Below are positions 1 through 14,410 of a DNA stretch of 64,000 nucleotides, piece after piece (within the stretch, counting starts at the first letter, position 1; each line of letters opens with the position of its first letter). The notes beneath the pieces are model-generated. The model saw only the letters and a program-made list of their open reading frames with translations, was not told the origin of the DNA and did no database searches. The stretch spans positions 80,042,001 to 80,106,000 of the forward strand of contig OX597821.1 in assembly GCA_951406725.2 (NCBI GenBank). Reading direction: 5' to 3'. This DNA comes from Octopus vulgaris (Eukaryota). The position numbers and the translations under genes are program-made.

Positions 1-99
1 GCTATTAATGTGGTTCACAAAACTTCATATGAGATAATTTGCTGGACTATTTTCAAAAACACATTATACGATTTTGTTTCGGTTAATATGGTTGTCGGA

Positions 100-620
100 A
101 GTAGGTTCCAAAACATTGGAGGAGATTTATTTCCTACTAAAATAGCATTGAAAAATCGATCCATATCATTAATCATTAACTCTTTAAAACTTCATGGCGC
201 TTAGAAAATATTTTTACAACATTTCTTCATAACAGTTGAACAGCTTTGTTACACCACAAACGAAACATCTTCGGAAAATTTCATTTAGACAAAGCTAATT
301 TCAATTTTCATTAAGATTTTGGCAAGCTGGTCCGAGGATTTGAAATGATTTGTTTAAGGGCTGAAATTTTATTTTTCACAAATCCGCTTACGAATGAGAT
401 GCGCAAGACATCAGACATATTAGATGTGAAAAATATGATTGAGATATAGCCATAATTCCTTTCTTTAAGAGTAGTAGGTTGAAAATGAGATATAATCGAA
501 CTCTACAGAACTGACTTCAGTTCAAGTGAATATCGAAACATTTTTGGCAAAGTTATTGGTTTTAAAGAAACAAAAAGTATTACGATGTGATTTTCAAGAG
601 TTTAGCTGAGTCAATCGAGA
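100..620 (+). mobile_element. Possible highly degraded hAT (Charlie/Buster) transposase remnant
   Basis: Fragments such as IINSLKLHGA*KIFLQHF, LLHHKRNIFG and NIETFLAKLLVLK loosely resemble Buster-type transposase. Many stops. Confidence 0.3.
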
Positions 621-2351
621 GTTTACGCAGCGAAGAACTCAATACTGATTAATTCTGCTTTAATATAAATAGAAAAGTTTCCCTGAAAAGTGGACTGAGA
701 TGAAGTGATGTCTAAGATATTGTAATGTATTTTTTTGAATATGCTGCGTTTATCCAGTGTTGCATACTTATGAGTGGTTCGATTCTGATGGGTGAGAGTG
801 ACCAAATTTTTTTGTCGGCACACTGTGGTAGAATGGTTAAGCACTTCACTCCACACACAGAAGGTTCCAGATACGCTTTCCTAAGATACGGGGTACCGGC
901 AAACGTCATTTTCTATAGCCTCGAATTAATTCACGATTTGTGAGTGAATTTGGCAGGGGGACGGAAACTTTATTGAATCCCGTCAGATAGATTGTACTTT
1001 CATTTCAAATGTGCAACTCCGTCATACTGCGTCACGTAGGTTCCAGCTGAGAACCATATTAAGGTTACGCGTGTCCGTGGAATGTTCAGCGATTTACACA
1101 CTAACTAATTGAGCCGAGTGATACAGTTGATTGAACTAGTGAAATCTCGTGCGTGGAAATTCTGATTGAGATCCGGTTATTTATTTATTTATTTATTTAT
1201 TTATTCATTTGGGTGTCTTAGTCGCTGAAAGTAATTAGAAAGAAAAAGTTTCCAGAATATGGAATAAATATCTGTTCATTACTTTCTTAAATACGATTAA
1301 CGTAAACTGTGCTATCGAGATTGTCGGAATAAAGATGACTGTTGAATGGCTGCAGACTAAAAGATCAGCAATATTTATATTCCCCATTTTTTCTGCTCTT
1401 GGTCTTTGCCTTTCATCATTTTTGTGTCGTTTTATCAACACATAAAGATGACGACGAAAGGCTAAAATGCGTTATCAATGAAGGATTCTCTTTTTTAAAA
1501 ACATTCTGGATTTGTGTTGAAGCGAAAATGAAATAAAATAAAATAAAAATACTTGTTTTCGCATAAACCAGCACCAACATTACACTGGGATTGGCTTGAC
1601 CAAGCATACAAGCACTTCTAAAATAAACTTAGATTTAGACCTGTTCGATAATTTTGATCGAATTTTCATGTCAATATTTTATTTGGTCTGGGGGCAGCGA
1701 GGTAGCAGAATCGTTAGAAAGCCGAGAAAATGCTTAGCAGCATTTCGTCCGTTTTTATGTTCCGAGTTCCGATTTTGCCGAGGTTGACTTTACCTTTCAT
1801 TCTTTCGGGGTCGATAAAATAAGTACCAGTTGAGCACTAGAAACAATGTCATCGACTTACCTCTTCCCCAAAATTCCTGGTTTTGTGCCAAAATTGGAAA
1901 TTAGTATTTTAATCGAACTGTTTAAGTAACATATTTGAAATAACTTCAGTAATGTGACTGCAATCCTCATGAAGCATCGGACGATGAGAATTGTCTGCCT
2001 TTCATGGTTCAAACACTGTCACAAGCCTATTTCCAGCTCAGACCGATATCTTTTAGGACCTCTTTCACATTTCTTTCGTCATGTCAGCCTCGCCTCCTAT
2101 TCTCCTTCTCTGCTTTCAGCCTTCGAAAGCTTTTTGTCATTTGTTTCTTATTTGGAACAGTCCCTGATACATTTCTCGAAACCTACAATGAAACCGATCG
2201 GTTTGATTCCCATCTAAAACTGCCGAAAAAAGCCTTCATTCGATTAATTTCGCAGTGGAACTATATATATTCCATCCGTATATCTATATGTTCATAACCT
2301 ACGCTGCATGGATACTTCAATAGTTATATAAAACCACGTTTGGAATCAAAC

Positions 2352-2448
2352 AAAATGTCAGATTCAGCACCGCTACGGCATACAAACTTATCGAAACTGT
2401 AAGTTTTGAGAAGTGCGTATGCTGTTGGGGTGTGGAATCTAACATTTT
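2352..2448. repeat. Short degenerate hairpin (MITE-like)
   Basis: aaaatgtcagattcagcaccgctacggcatacaaacttatcgaaact vs reverse complement of the right arm, aaaatgttagattccacaccccaacagcatacgcacttctcaaaact. Confidence 0.55.
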
Positions 2449-3711
2449 AGGACTAGCTATTTGTTAGTTGGGAAAAGAAAAACAAATTTAACTCAATTTC
2501 TTTCTCAACCAAAATAAAGATTAAAGAATAGGAAAAATAAAATCGCTGGGAGTTCAAAGAATCTTTTGGAAAATCTTACATTAGTAACGTTTAACTGGGA
2601 CTCTATCAGGATACTCTGTCATTGGTCTGATATTTCTTATCTTGAATAAATGAAACTTTAATTCAACATTTCGTAGTTACTTGTGTACTTTTCTTTTATA
2701 AAAACAAATTGTTGTTGTAGTTTGATCTCAGGTCAGCTATGACCGAAACACCTTTGCATGCAGGAAGTCTGTTGTGCTTCGATGTACAACCTTTCCATCG
2801 ATTGTCTTACTTCTGTATTCCGTATACACTGGATACCGTATTATTGTTGTTGTTGTTATCGTTTTGGCCCGGATTAATTCTGATAATCAGACCTACGATC
2901 AAAGATTTTCCAGCTGTGATCATCTCATCTTCATTTAAGGAATAATATATACAGAAGTACGTCATTTTGGATCCATATATCTTTCTTTTTCTAAGACATT
3001 AAAGGGTGATTTGAATGGGGCTTTACTGCTATTTCTAACAGGTGGATCAACCACGTAGAAACCTTTTCTTTCATTCAAAGATACAAGTGAAGTTACCTTT
3101 CTCAAGAACAATTGGAGTGAAGGGAAGTCAACCGGATTCAACAAGGGAAGACTTCACTAAATTGAGTTTATTCTTCGCAACACTCACACGACACAACTTA
3201 TAATGACAGTCACAATACTAGTATAAAAAAGTCACATTGAACTTTCTATGAAAAATAGTATATATATATAAGAAAATGTTATTGCATATAGTAGCAATTA
3301 TTTCTATTTCTATGAAGTACAGTAATGTGATGGATAGATAGGTGCATAGTTCATATCGTTTAGCCGTAAAGTAGATCTACGATTAAAGGCGTTCCAACTT
3401 TGACCATCTCATATTTTGGGCTAAATTATCAAATGTGCCTTTTTGATAGCAAGTTGGAATTAGAGGGAAATTGGGTTGTTGTTTTTAGCATATTGATCGA
3501 GTGTTTAAAGATTTCTTTGTTGAATTAATTGTATTTTCTGGAGTGTCAAACATGGAGTGTCAAAGCTGCGATAATGTTTCATCTGGCTCCTGACTGAATT
3601 TTATAGAAATAAATTTTGCTATTATTTAATCTTAAAATATTTTGTAAAATTTACTCAAGTGTTCATCCGCAAAGATGCTAGCAATATTAACTACATTGAA
3701 AGGTTTTCCAT

Positions 3712-4107
3712 TACTCTTTTACTCTTTTACTTGTTTCAGTCATTTGACTGTGGCCATGCTGGAGCACCGCCTTTAGTCGACCAAATCGACCCCAGGACTT
3801 ACTCTTTGTAAACTTAGTACTTATTCTATCGTTCTCTTTTGCCGAACCGTTAAGTTACGGGGACGTAAACACACCAACATCGGTTGTCAAGCGATGATGG
3901 GAGAACAAACACAGATACACAAACACATACATATATATATACATATATACGACGGGCTTCTTTCAGTTTCCGTCTACCAAATCCACTCACAAGGCTTTGA
4001 TCGGCCCGAGGCTATAGTAAAAGACACTTGCCCAAGGTGCCATGCACTGGGACTGAACCCGGAACCATGCGGTTCGTAAGCAAGCTACTTACCACACAGC
4101 CACTTCT
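3712..4107 (-). mobile_element. tRNA-derived SINE (family B) with internal microsatellite
   Basis: Sense reading: GTGGCTGTGTGGTAAG..GGTTCAGTCCC head, body, (TA/TG)n, tail ...GACTGAAACAAGTAAAAGAGT. Near-identical to the copies at 27221, 35513 and 45152. Confidence 0.85.
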
Positions 4108-7100
4108 ACGCCTATGTAATGGGTGTACATGCATATTCCAAGAGATATTGCTTTCTTATCAGCAAGCTTTCTTTCAAGCATCGGTCATCTCAAGAACTGC
4201 ATACATTCATTTGGACAATTCTTATCTCCGTCCTTAATCTAAGGACACTTTCTCAATAGAATTCAATATGTATGTGAACAAATTATTCTCGCACATCACT
4301 GCTCACACACTTCACTAACACCTCTTATTATTTACCGTTAGTAAAGGTGCTATAATGTCTGTCCTTCTCATTATCCATTTGCTTTGGCTTAAATAATGAT
4401 TTTTTTAGGAATAGGTGTCCCCATCCAGTTCACGAGATCTAATTTATGTTTTAATCTGGCCCGCAAAGCCAAGCAAATTTGACACATCTGAGCTATTTGG
4501 TAGCTCAAATTGGCATTTTCGCTAGCAGCGGCAACTTTTTGATGGGATATATTTAGAGTAAGGCACATGGAGAAAATCAACCCACTTCTTAATCACAGTT
4601 ATTGGAGACTATCATGCTCCGGCAGTGAGTTACACCTGGGCGAGGAACCAAATTATTTATAATTGGAATGGACATTTTAATTGCTGAGTGTCTCGACCGA
4701 GACATGCATCATTGTTGATAAGACATGAACTTTGAACACTTCGATCACTTACCATCTCGAACCACCTCAGTTCTCATTGTTAATGTAAACATATATCCAA
4801 TCAGCATATGAATCTATGAAATGATAAATGAATGTAGGTAAATATATTAATAATTTCGAGATAATCTCCCCAAATCCTGGTATTTATATCTGACACCGTG
4901 TTTGAGTTTTAAGAAATTCCAATAAGGATGGAAATGTTAACCTTTTCTTTGACCTGTTTCTTCTGTACAGGAACCTGTTGCTTTCTATTACTAATTCCAG
5001 TCTATAATCGACAGTAAAAGTATTCATTACTTAGTCATGTTGGTTATATCATTATTGATACCGTAAACAATGAAGAGCTCATCTGAAAGAATTGTGTGGT
5101 GAGGAAAAGACAATATTAGTTGATGACTAATATTTTAATTTATTTTAATTACTGCAAGTACGGGAAACAACTCAGAATATGTTTCAGTTTGATTAGATCT
5201 TTGCGAATCATAGACTTCACCAATTAGCCAAAATAATGAAGAGAGTATCAGTAAGTCAATGTACAATAGTGAATTAGCATATTTTAGAGGTAAAAAATAC
5301 TGTCGACTACTGAAGTCTCAAATTTACATGGAGAATTGAAGTAACTTTTCTGTGATGTTTGTATTTTCTTTAAAGACTTTGCTAATATATATTGAGTAAA
5401 ATTACTGTAGCTGAAAATTTAAAATAGGTCATGGAGTAACTTCGCTAGCAGTTTACGTTTAGTCTAACAGCTTCCTCGCTGAGGATGGGACTCGGAACAT
5501 TTTGTAATTTTTAATCACAAGGCTGACATATCTCACATGCAATGTATTCTAACATAAAATAAAACTCTCTTGTTGCTAATGTTGCTGTTTCATCACCAGA
5601 TAAACCTTAATCGAATAAGACCTGTTATTAAAAGCGTTAAAGCCTTGACCATCCATCTTTCTTCTTACATTCCCTTATTGTTTTTCGGTGGTAGTGCATA
5701 AAAGACTACATTACCCAAAGTTTCTTCCTTATTTTATTTTTTTAGATAAAGTGGTACGAGTTTAGAGATATTTGGTTATTTTAAATAAGTCAATCGATAC
5801 TGTAAATAAAATTTGTGAAGGAAAATACTTCACAGATTATAAATCCCAAGTCCTGGGACAGAATTTATAGGAACACAGCGCAAATGAATACAACATTTGC
5901 AATTTTCCGTAATGTAAGACTTAATAATCATGATGTTAATCACAAAATACATATCTCACACGCTTTTGGGGCTGATATTAGGTATGGTGTTTCATTAGAA
6001 GGTAGTATAGTTTCCATGCTGTTAAGCAATTGAATAGTATTTCTTCCTGTTGATTTGGGCACGAGAGCTATGCATGTTTTTATTTCCTGAAGAATTTCTG
6101 CTCCACATTGCTGTCAGAAGAGTACATCTGCCCTCGTTTATCACGGGACTCTTGTTCCATTTCGTAAATGGAACGAATGACAGATTAATAGACGCCAATC
6201 TCGCAGTTCACAACTGCAAAGCTTCCACTACGACACATTTTCTTGATCATCTTTTCCTTTTCTGCCGAGAACTCACTCGTCTGCATCGTTTGTTGGGATT
6301 ATGCACCTTCGTAATTTTTCTGTTCACTGGTCCCATTTTGAAGGATATAATCGCGTAAATCAATTTAAAGCTATCTTGCAGCAGAGTAACATAAACACAA
6401 GCGATAGTCAGTGCATTATGGGTAGCTGGATATTGTGGGTGTTCGTTGGGGAGCGTTTTTGCGATACAGACAGAATATTCGACTGATCGCCGACTCAAGT
6501 TATTACAGATCAATCCGAGATAAGCGTGATATTGTTTTTAGTTGAGTGTGCCGTGTTATTCCGCATCAGTGATGAATATATCAGAGATAAACGAGGCTAC
6601 AGAGGTATTTTCGTCACTTACAGTGAAATGATGACGTACTTACTAGCTTACGTTGCTCAACTCTGCGGCGTTTACAGAAACTATCAACTCATTGAGAAAG
6701 CTTTTTACAGGGTAGCCTTGTCTCACTAGAAAGAACAGCAAAATCTTTAAATTATATTTTACTGCCTTTAAAAATGCAGGGGCAAGGGACATTTAGGTAA
6801 TGTAGTCTTAGCTGGGGTATATCTAAAAAAGAAGACACGATGGTCACGGCTGAAACATCTTTGAGTGTAGTTATTCTCAATCAAAGTTGACTTGGTCCTA
6901 AACAACAACAATAGTAATAATAAAAATAAAGTTAGTTCGGACTCATCTGTTACCCACAAATATATATTTAATGTTTGTACCACTCACATTTCCCAGTGTC
7001 AAATGTGTGGCAACATAATTCTATTATTCTTAGTTAATTGAAACTCATTCTCTAGAAGAAGAGATAATTGCACATCTGGCAATATGTAAGGGAACTAAAA

Positions 7101-7269
7101 CATTTACTGACAGTTTAAGACTTAGAAATAATAAAACTTGAGGCTGTTACATGCTAAATGTTATTTCAGCTCCCCATCATGCTTTCACTCTTGGAGAAGT
7201 GCGATAAATAACAATATCATGGAATTAAGGCATAGATATACAAATATCAACGTAACTAAATCAATTTTT

Positions 7270-7517
7270 TTAGAGGAACAAAATCATAAAGTTTATTTCT
7301 TTTGTAGATGTGAAAACAAAGGAAAAAAAAAAGATTAAAGAAAAAAATATAGAATTCTGTTGCGTTCTTTGAAATATGACTCAAAATGGCTGCAAATTTG
7401 AACTTTCATTGGTAAAGAACACATATTCACGTGTTTTATCTGCAATGATTAAACAGCCCGAAAAAAATGGGGCTTAGAGAGTACAATAAGTTTTTCATAT
7501 ATACATACATACATAAA

Positions 7518-7563
<46 letters not shown>

Positions 7564-7870
7564 TCTATGTATGTGTATATTTCTAAACTCTGTTCAACAA
7601 AAAGTATAGATAAACTGATAAATTATATAAAAAAAAATGTATAGTTTTCTAATAATAATAGTTTTAATCTCTACCATATGTGGACATTTTGTTTCTGTAG
7701 CTTTGTAATTATTTTTTTTTTAATTGTCTTTAGAACTTCTGACGTTGCCAATGTTCATTAATTAATGTTATTATTATTATTATTGTTATTATTTGATATT
7801 TCAATCTTAATTTCATTTTATTTCATTTATTCCATCCGTGTGCGTGTATATATATATATATACATATACA

Positions 7871-7902
<32 letters not shown>

Positions 7903-7947
7903 GATATATAAAATACATACATACATATATATATATATATAAAATAC

Positions 7948-7979
<32 letters not shown>

Positions 7980-8037
7980 GTATATCATATATTTATAAAT
8001 ATATATATATGTATATGTATACAAAGATATATATATG

Positions 8038-8086
<49 letters not shown>

Positions 8087-8313
8087 ATATATATATATAC
8101 ATATATATATATGTTTCTAATAGTAATTTGGTGGGGTGGGAGTGATGATGTTGGTGGGAGTGAGATGTAACGATAATGTTCGTAGTCCTACGAAACAGTA
8201 AAGTTTTTATTTATTTTTTCATATATATCTCTTTTGTTTTCCACAGCTACTCATTTCATAACTTGTTTTAATCAAAGGAGATTTTCTGTAAAATCAAGTT
8301 ACGACATAGATTT
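7270..8313 (-). other. Putative 3' UTR with AATAAA signals
   Basis: Follows the stop at 8314. AT-rich and TE-poor. AATAAA on the minus strand at 8206-8215 and 7292-7297. Confidence 0.35.
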
Positions 8314-8627
8314 TCACAATCTAAATGTTGCCGCAGTATATTTGGTCTTCCGGTTCTTTCGGAACGTCTTCCGTTTCCGGTCACGCCCCCTTATAACTTT
8401 ATTTTTATTTCCCTTGTTCTTGCGCTTTTTCTTACGACCTTTTTGTGATTTCCTGGTGCCGTTCTTCTTTCGATCTTTATTTTTCTTCTTCTTCTTCTTT
8501 CTCTTCTTTTTCCTTCTAGAAAGTCTATCAGGTCGTCTGGTTTTGTTGTTGTTCTTCCGTTTGCCGGACTCTTTCTGTGAGACTCTGCCCTGACTTGGTT
8601 TCTGAACGTCTGCGTCAGGTTCCACTC
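8314..8627 (-). CDS. Candidate terminal coding exon encoding a Lys/Arg-rich tail, possibly the C-terminus of the netrin
   Basis: Non-repetitive open frame VEPDADVQKPSQGRVSQKESGKRKNNNKTRRPDRLSRRKKKRKKKKKKNKDRKK...KYTAATFRL* with mixed codons. An in-frame TGA just upstream (8629-8631) implies an exon boundary. Phase-1 acceptors tgtattttctgAG|GA (weak gAG) or gacgcAG|AC match the phase-1 end of the LE3 exon. The link to netrin is inferred. Confidence 0.55.
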
Positions 8628-9164
8628 CTCAGAAAATACACACAATCATTCCAATTAAAAATAAATCAATCTTAGAGCAGAGATGTGTAGATTTTACGAG
8701 AAAAATATCACAGAGGCCTGTTGCCAGTCGCATGCACCTCTCTATGTTGGCTTTGCTTCCGAAGTGTGCCAATTTGTACCAAGAGATTAAAGACAAGTGA
8801 GAAACCAAGGAAAAGGTGAGAGAAGACAATCAGAGTGTGTGAGATGAGGAGAAGTCATAAAGGGAGACATATAGAAACAAATATAGGTAAGTAGAGGGCT
8901 TGATCAATAGACAGGTGACGAGTAGGTAAAAACTACATACATACAAATAAATTCGTTCGGAGTTAATGAAATACTCTGTCTCAACTTAGCCTTTCTCGCC
9001 AAAAGATCAATCGGACTTTTGTCGCCTGAGTGATTGCTTGTGTCGAGATACTCTCAGTAGCGAAGGCGTGAATCATTAACTTCAAGCAAACAAATAAAGT
9101 CTACTACAAATATCAAGTAATTTTCCTCACGTTTGACTGCCCAATTTAGTATGTGCGTGAGTAA

Positions 9165-9253
<89 letters not shown>

Positions 9254-9477
9254 ACGATCTATCTGTCTATCTGTTTGTCTGTCTATCCAACTAAAATATA
9301 CTACGTTATATTATTTTGAAATGATTTGCTTTTAAAAATAAACCTTAGAATTAACTGCAATGTAAGAGGAATACCGCAGTGTTTTTTTTATATTATTTCC
9401 CATATATATATAAATATATATTTATATAAATATATATATACATGAAACGTGCGTGTACATCCACACACACGTACGTA

Positions 9478-10435
9478 CGACGGTTGTATCGAAAGTAATG
9501 TAAAAGCGGGCATAACTTTTATATTAACCGACGCGTGTCGTTCAAAGTGCAAGTGCTGCTAGTTTAACCCTTCCTTTTCATTACTCCTCCTTTGTTCTTC
9601 ATTGCAGCAAAATGTGTTTCAAACAAAAGCAACATGTCGACATTGAGTTCTTGACGAAAGAGAGCTATAGACTGTTCGACTGTCGAACTTCGACATCCAC
9701 AGAAAGCGACAAGCTGTTTATGGTGATAACACCATTAATAAAAGTTATGTACACAAACGGATGAAGAAGCTTACAGAAGTGTAGGAAGCAGGGGGAGGAG
9801 AAGTATTGAAAACAAGCCACGAAGTGGGGAGACCATTAACTGCGACCACTAATGCTAACCGCCAGGATTGATTATCGCAGACAGACGAAGCATAACCCAT
9901 GAGCTTACTACGGGACTGGATTGTAGTCACAGTGCCTTACAGAAGAGAGTGGAAGACTGGGAATCAGAGAGTGTTCTAAAATACTTCGGCAGTTGACAGC
10001 TGATTTAAAAGAAAGAAGCGTTTCAGTCTACTTTAATCTGCTGGAAGCGTTTGAAGCTAATGAAGACTATGGCATCCAATAAGATAATTGGCAAATTGCG
10101 CAGTTCAATGGTCACCTGTCTAACATACTGATTAGATCTGCTGCCCACCTGTTCATTCCAAGGACAGTCTTCTGGGACAATGATTTGATGACACAGACAG
10201 GTGAAAGTGGATTTGAAGAAATGGGTACAACAGTGCATACCTGAAGATTTTCAAAGTGTTATCGAAATTTGATTTCAATGATGGCTCGAATACATTGTTT
10301 GCGATGGAGACTGTGTTGAGTAGTGCCTTTCTTTAGAGGAAGAGTTACTCGGCCGATACGCATAGTTTGAAACACCCGTGTCAGTAAAAGTAAAAAGGTA
10401 TACCAACTTTTGCATTACTTTCAGTAGAACCCTTA
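9478..10435 (+). mobile_element. Degenerate mariner (Tc1/mariner) DNA transposon
   Basis: TIRs cgacggttgtatcgaaagtaatgtaaaag / cttttgcattactttcagtagaaccctta, with TA on the left. Broken transposase remnants: ...IEFLTKE, DIHRKRQAVYGDNTINKSYV, ENKPRSGRP. Confidence 0.8.
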
Positions 10436-11153
10436 TGTGCGAGTGTATATGTATATAGTGGCAAAGTGTGAAGTGAAGGAAAGAAGTTAGAGATAATCTT
10501 TTCTACTACAGGCACAAGGCCTGAAATTTTACGGGGGGAGAGCTCGTCGATTATATCGACCCCAGTACTCAAATGGTACTTATTTCATCGCAAAGTCGAC
10601 CCCTGCGGAATTTGAACTCAGAACGTAAAGACAGACGAAATGATGCTAAGCAGTTTGCCCGGCATGCTAACCATTCCGCCGGCTGGCCTCCTTCAAGAAA
10701 GTAACAGATAATAAGGCGATAGCTCATTTCTGTTTTACGTATCTATGTATTTAAATTAAAAGACAATGTGTGAGTATATATGTGAGCACACACGCACACG
10801 CACACACAAACACAGAGTTTTATAGAGTATACACACACATAGATCCACACAACTCACAAACGCACACATACGCATACGCATAGAATGCTAGAATGTCAGA
10901 TGCAATGGTAAATAAATGTGTTTTTCGAATCATTGTCGTTTCATGTTTATATATTTATTTATTCACTTATCTATTTATTTTTTTAAAATTTATTTTCGTT
11001 TTTTAGATAGAGAAAATAAAGAAGAAAAAAAATTGTATGCAAACGATTTAAGAAGAAAGAAAAAAAGTAAACAATACAGTAAGTTCCTCGTTATTTTGTT
11101 TAAACACAACAATTCGTTGATTTACTAAAATCAGCTCCTGCCAAATTTACAGT

Positions 11154-11226
<73 letters not shown>

Positions 11227-11584
11227 CATATATATATATATGTACATACATACATACACACATACACGCATGCGACTGTGTGTGATGTTGCTATTATTTT
11301 CGGTTCAACCGATTCTTCTTTTTTGTTTATATATCCTTACATACATATGCATACATCCATACTTATATACTTGTGTGTGTGTGTGTGTGTATGTGTTTTT
11401 ACGTAATTTTTTTTCACCTAACGTCTTAATTTGCCAAAATAACAGTTATAGCACGAATTAGACTTAAGCTAAAGTAGCGGGAGCAACAGTAGCGGTTAAG
11501 GTAGAAATGATCGTGACAGTAGTGGTGACAGTAGAAGTAGTAGTAATAGTAGTAGTAGCAGCAGCAGCAGCAGCAGCAGCAGCG

Positions 11585-11644
<60 letters not shown>

Positions 11645-12638
11645 AAGACGATTCTATTAACAGTGGCAATCGTTCTCAATTTGGGTACATGGCCAGATGC
11701 TTTTGAGAATGGATTATTCAATTAAATCGACTTCACTACTTAAGTGGTACTTTATTTATCATCCCCGGAAGAACGAACGTCAAAAACTCATAACCAACAA
11801 GCGAAATGCACTTTGTCCGACGCTGTGAAAGATTTTGCCAACCATTATTTGTACCATTGGCTCATAGCATTAAATATTTAGTTAAGATATCAGTCGGTTT
11901 CATCTGTCAGAGTTTATTACTGGTATGTATTGGTTCAAGCCACTATGTGCTCAATCGATCTGCTAGAAACAACAATGGTATATCCTTATAAACGGTCAAA
12001 CTGATAAATTCATCTTGTTTAAGTCATTGGACTGTAACCATGGAGAAATATCGTTCTGAAAGGTTTATTCGAAAAAATCGACCCAGTTATTTTGGTTGCC
12101 CTGTTAATATTAATACTTATTCTATCGATACATGTTACCGAACAGCTAGGTTACTGGAGCGTAAATAAACCAATACCGGTTGTTAAGCAGTGTAGGATGA
12201 CAAGTACAAACACACACACATTCACTATGGAATCCTATACAGCTTCTGTCTACCAAATTCACTAACAGGGAAATTGCCGATCCGCGGTTACTGAAGAAGA
12301 CGCTTGTCGAAGGCGCTGCGCAGTGGAACTAAACCGGAAACCATGTGGTTGTAAAGCGAGCTTTGAAATTAAGGTGAAATGTTCATAGTTTGAATGGCTT
12401 TGATTTAAGATCGTAGCGATGAGGACTGATCTGTATATTAACAATAAAAACAACGAAGAAGATAAAGGCAGACAATGCAAGCAGTGGGAACACAGTGTTA
12501 TTGACGAGTATTCCATGGGTTTACTTGTTCAAATTCCACTGAGAGACACTTTAAGTAAGATATCCTAGCGTCAGTCTGCTAGTTGTGTGTATGTGTGTTT
12601 GTGTACGACACACATATACACATGCCTCTCTCTGTGGT

Positions 12639-12695
<57 letters not shown>

Positions 12696-13099
12696 AGTGG
12701 TAAGAAGCTTGCTTTTCAACCACATGATTCGGGGTTCAGTCCCGCTACTATAGCCTCAGGCCGACCAAAGCCTTGTGAGTGGATTTAGTAGACGGAAACT
12801 GAAAGAAACCCGTCGTTTGTGCGTGTGTGTGTGTTTATCCCCCACCACTGCTTGATAACTGGTGTAGGTGTGTTTATGTCCCATAACATAGCAGTTTGGC
12901 AAAAGTAACTGACAGAATAAGTACTAGGCTTTAAAAAATATGTCCTGGGGTAGATTTGTTCCTCTAAAAGCCTTCAAGTAAAAAGTAAAAGATAAAAGGT
13001 AAACGCATTACGCATGCGCACAGCACTCCCTTAACCCCGTCCCCTACTTATGATCGGTTTAAACCTTAATATCCCCATCCTCAGCAGAAACCCGAGAGA

Positions 13100-13495
13100 G
13101 ATCTCCCACTTGGACTCTCACCAAGAGACTCAGATGAATGCTGAACGGTGCCTACATCAGAATGCTACGTGCAGTGCTCAACATCTCTTGGAGAGAGCAC
13201 CCAACAAAACAGCGGTTATATGGGAAGGTAGCAACTATGTATAATCAACCACCCCAAGAGCCGAGATTGAGGTTTGCTGGCCACTGCTGGAGAAGTAAAG
13301 AAGAACTGGTGAGTGGTGTGTTGCTGTGGATCCCAAATCATGGCACCATAGCAGCCGGAAGACCACGGAAGACGTATATACAACAACTTGCAAATGCTGG
13401 ATGCCAAGTTGAAAACCTAAAAACACTAATGAGCGGGAGAGATTGAGAGAGGTTGCCAGGCTGGTCCGGGCAATCAACCTGACTAAATGATGCCT
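13100..13495 (+). mobile_element. RTE-clade LINE 3' fragment
   Basis: TWTLTKR...LNGAYIRMLRAVLNISWREHPTKQRLYG...RLRFAGHCWRSKEE...GRPRKTYIQQL is the typical RTE ORF C-terminus. A-rich tail follows. Confidence 0.85.
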
Positions 13496-14147
13496 CGATA
13501 AAAAGAAAAAAAAAACGAAAAAAAAAAAACCCAGTAAAAAATTATAAAATGAAAAGTTTTGTCGGTTGAATCGATCTTGTATTTTATTGTCATGTAATTC
13601 TTATCAACCTCGAAAGGATGAAATGGCAAAGCCAGCCTCGGTACGATTTGAACTCAGACTGTAAACCCGAAGAAGTATCGCTAAGCATTTGGTCCGCGGT
13701 GGTGACGATTTGGCCAGCTCCCCACCTTAAGCAATAATTCTTTCTAGGCCTGAAATTTTGGGTGGAATGGTATAGTCGATTACACGAACCCTAGTGTTAA
13801 ACTGATATTTATTTAATCGACCCTGAAAGGATGAAAAGCACAGTCAACATCGGCGAAATTAGAACTCAGAAAGTAAAGCCGGAAGAAATGCCTCTAACCA
13901 TTTTGTTCGGCGTGCTAACGACTCTAGCAGCTCACCGCCTTTTGTTTTTGATTGAGGAGCAAAAAGCAATCAGTTTTTGAAGAGAGAGCATAATCATTTA
14001 CATCAACTAAGAGTAAATGGCAAAAACTGACCACGGTGAGATTTCAACTCAGTAAGTGGAGAGTGGCACAACCCCCCCCCCCCCAAAAAAAAAAAACGAG
14101 GCTCTAACGATTCTGATTATCCAATAACAACGAACTTTAGGTTTGTT

Positions 14148-14410
14148 AAAATATGTTTGTGATATATCTTAAATTCCAAATTCCCGGCAGTTGCCGAGGA
14201 GGAAAACATTTTCTCTTATGGTAAAAAGTGTGAAGACACCATATCTGCGCTATCAGATTCTCGGGCATGCATTTCTTGCTCTGGTGCTTGGGAATACGAC
14301 AGTAGGAAAATATGGTGCTTTTTACACTTTTCACCATGGGAGAGAATTTTCTCTCCACAGAAACTGCAGTGAATTTGCCTTTGGAAGTTTAAATATGTCG
14401 CAAACATTTT
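14148..14410. repeat. Imperfect inverted repeat (MITE/foldback-like); a third partial arm lies near 14585-14630
   Basis: aaaatatgtttgtgatat...ttttctcttatggtaaaaagtgtgaagacaccatat pairs with atatggtgctttttacacttttcaccatgggagagaa...atatgtcgcaaacatttt. Confidence 0.65.

Noticed and set aside
6050-6513. Overlapping 88-102 aa ORFs
   Set aside because: No recognisable domain, no NTR motifs and no convincing splice sites.
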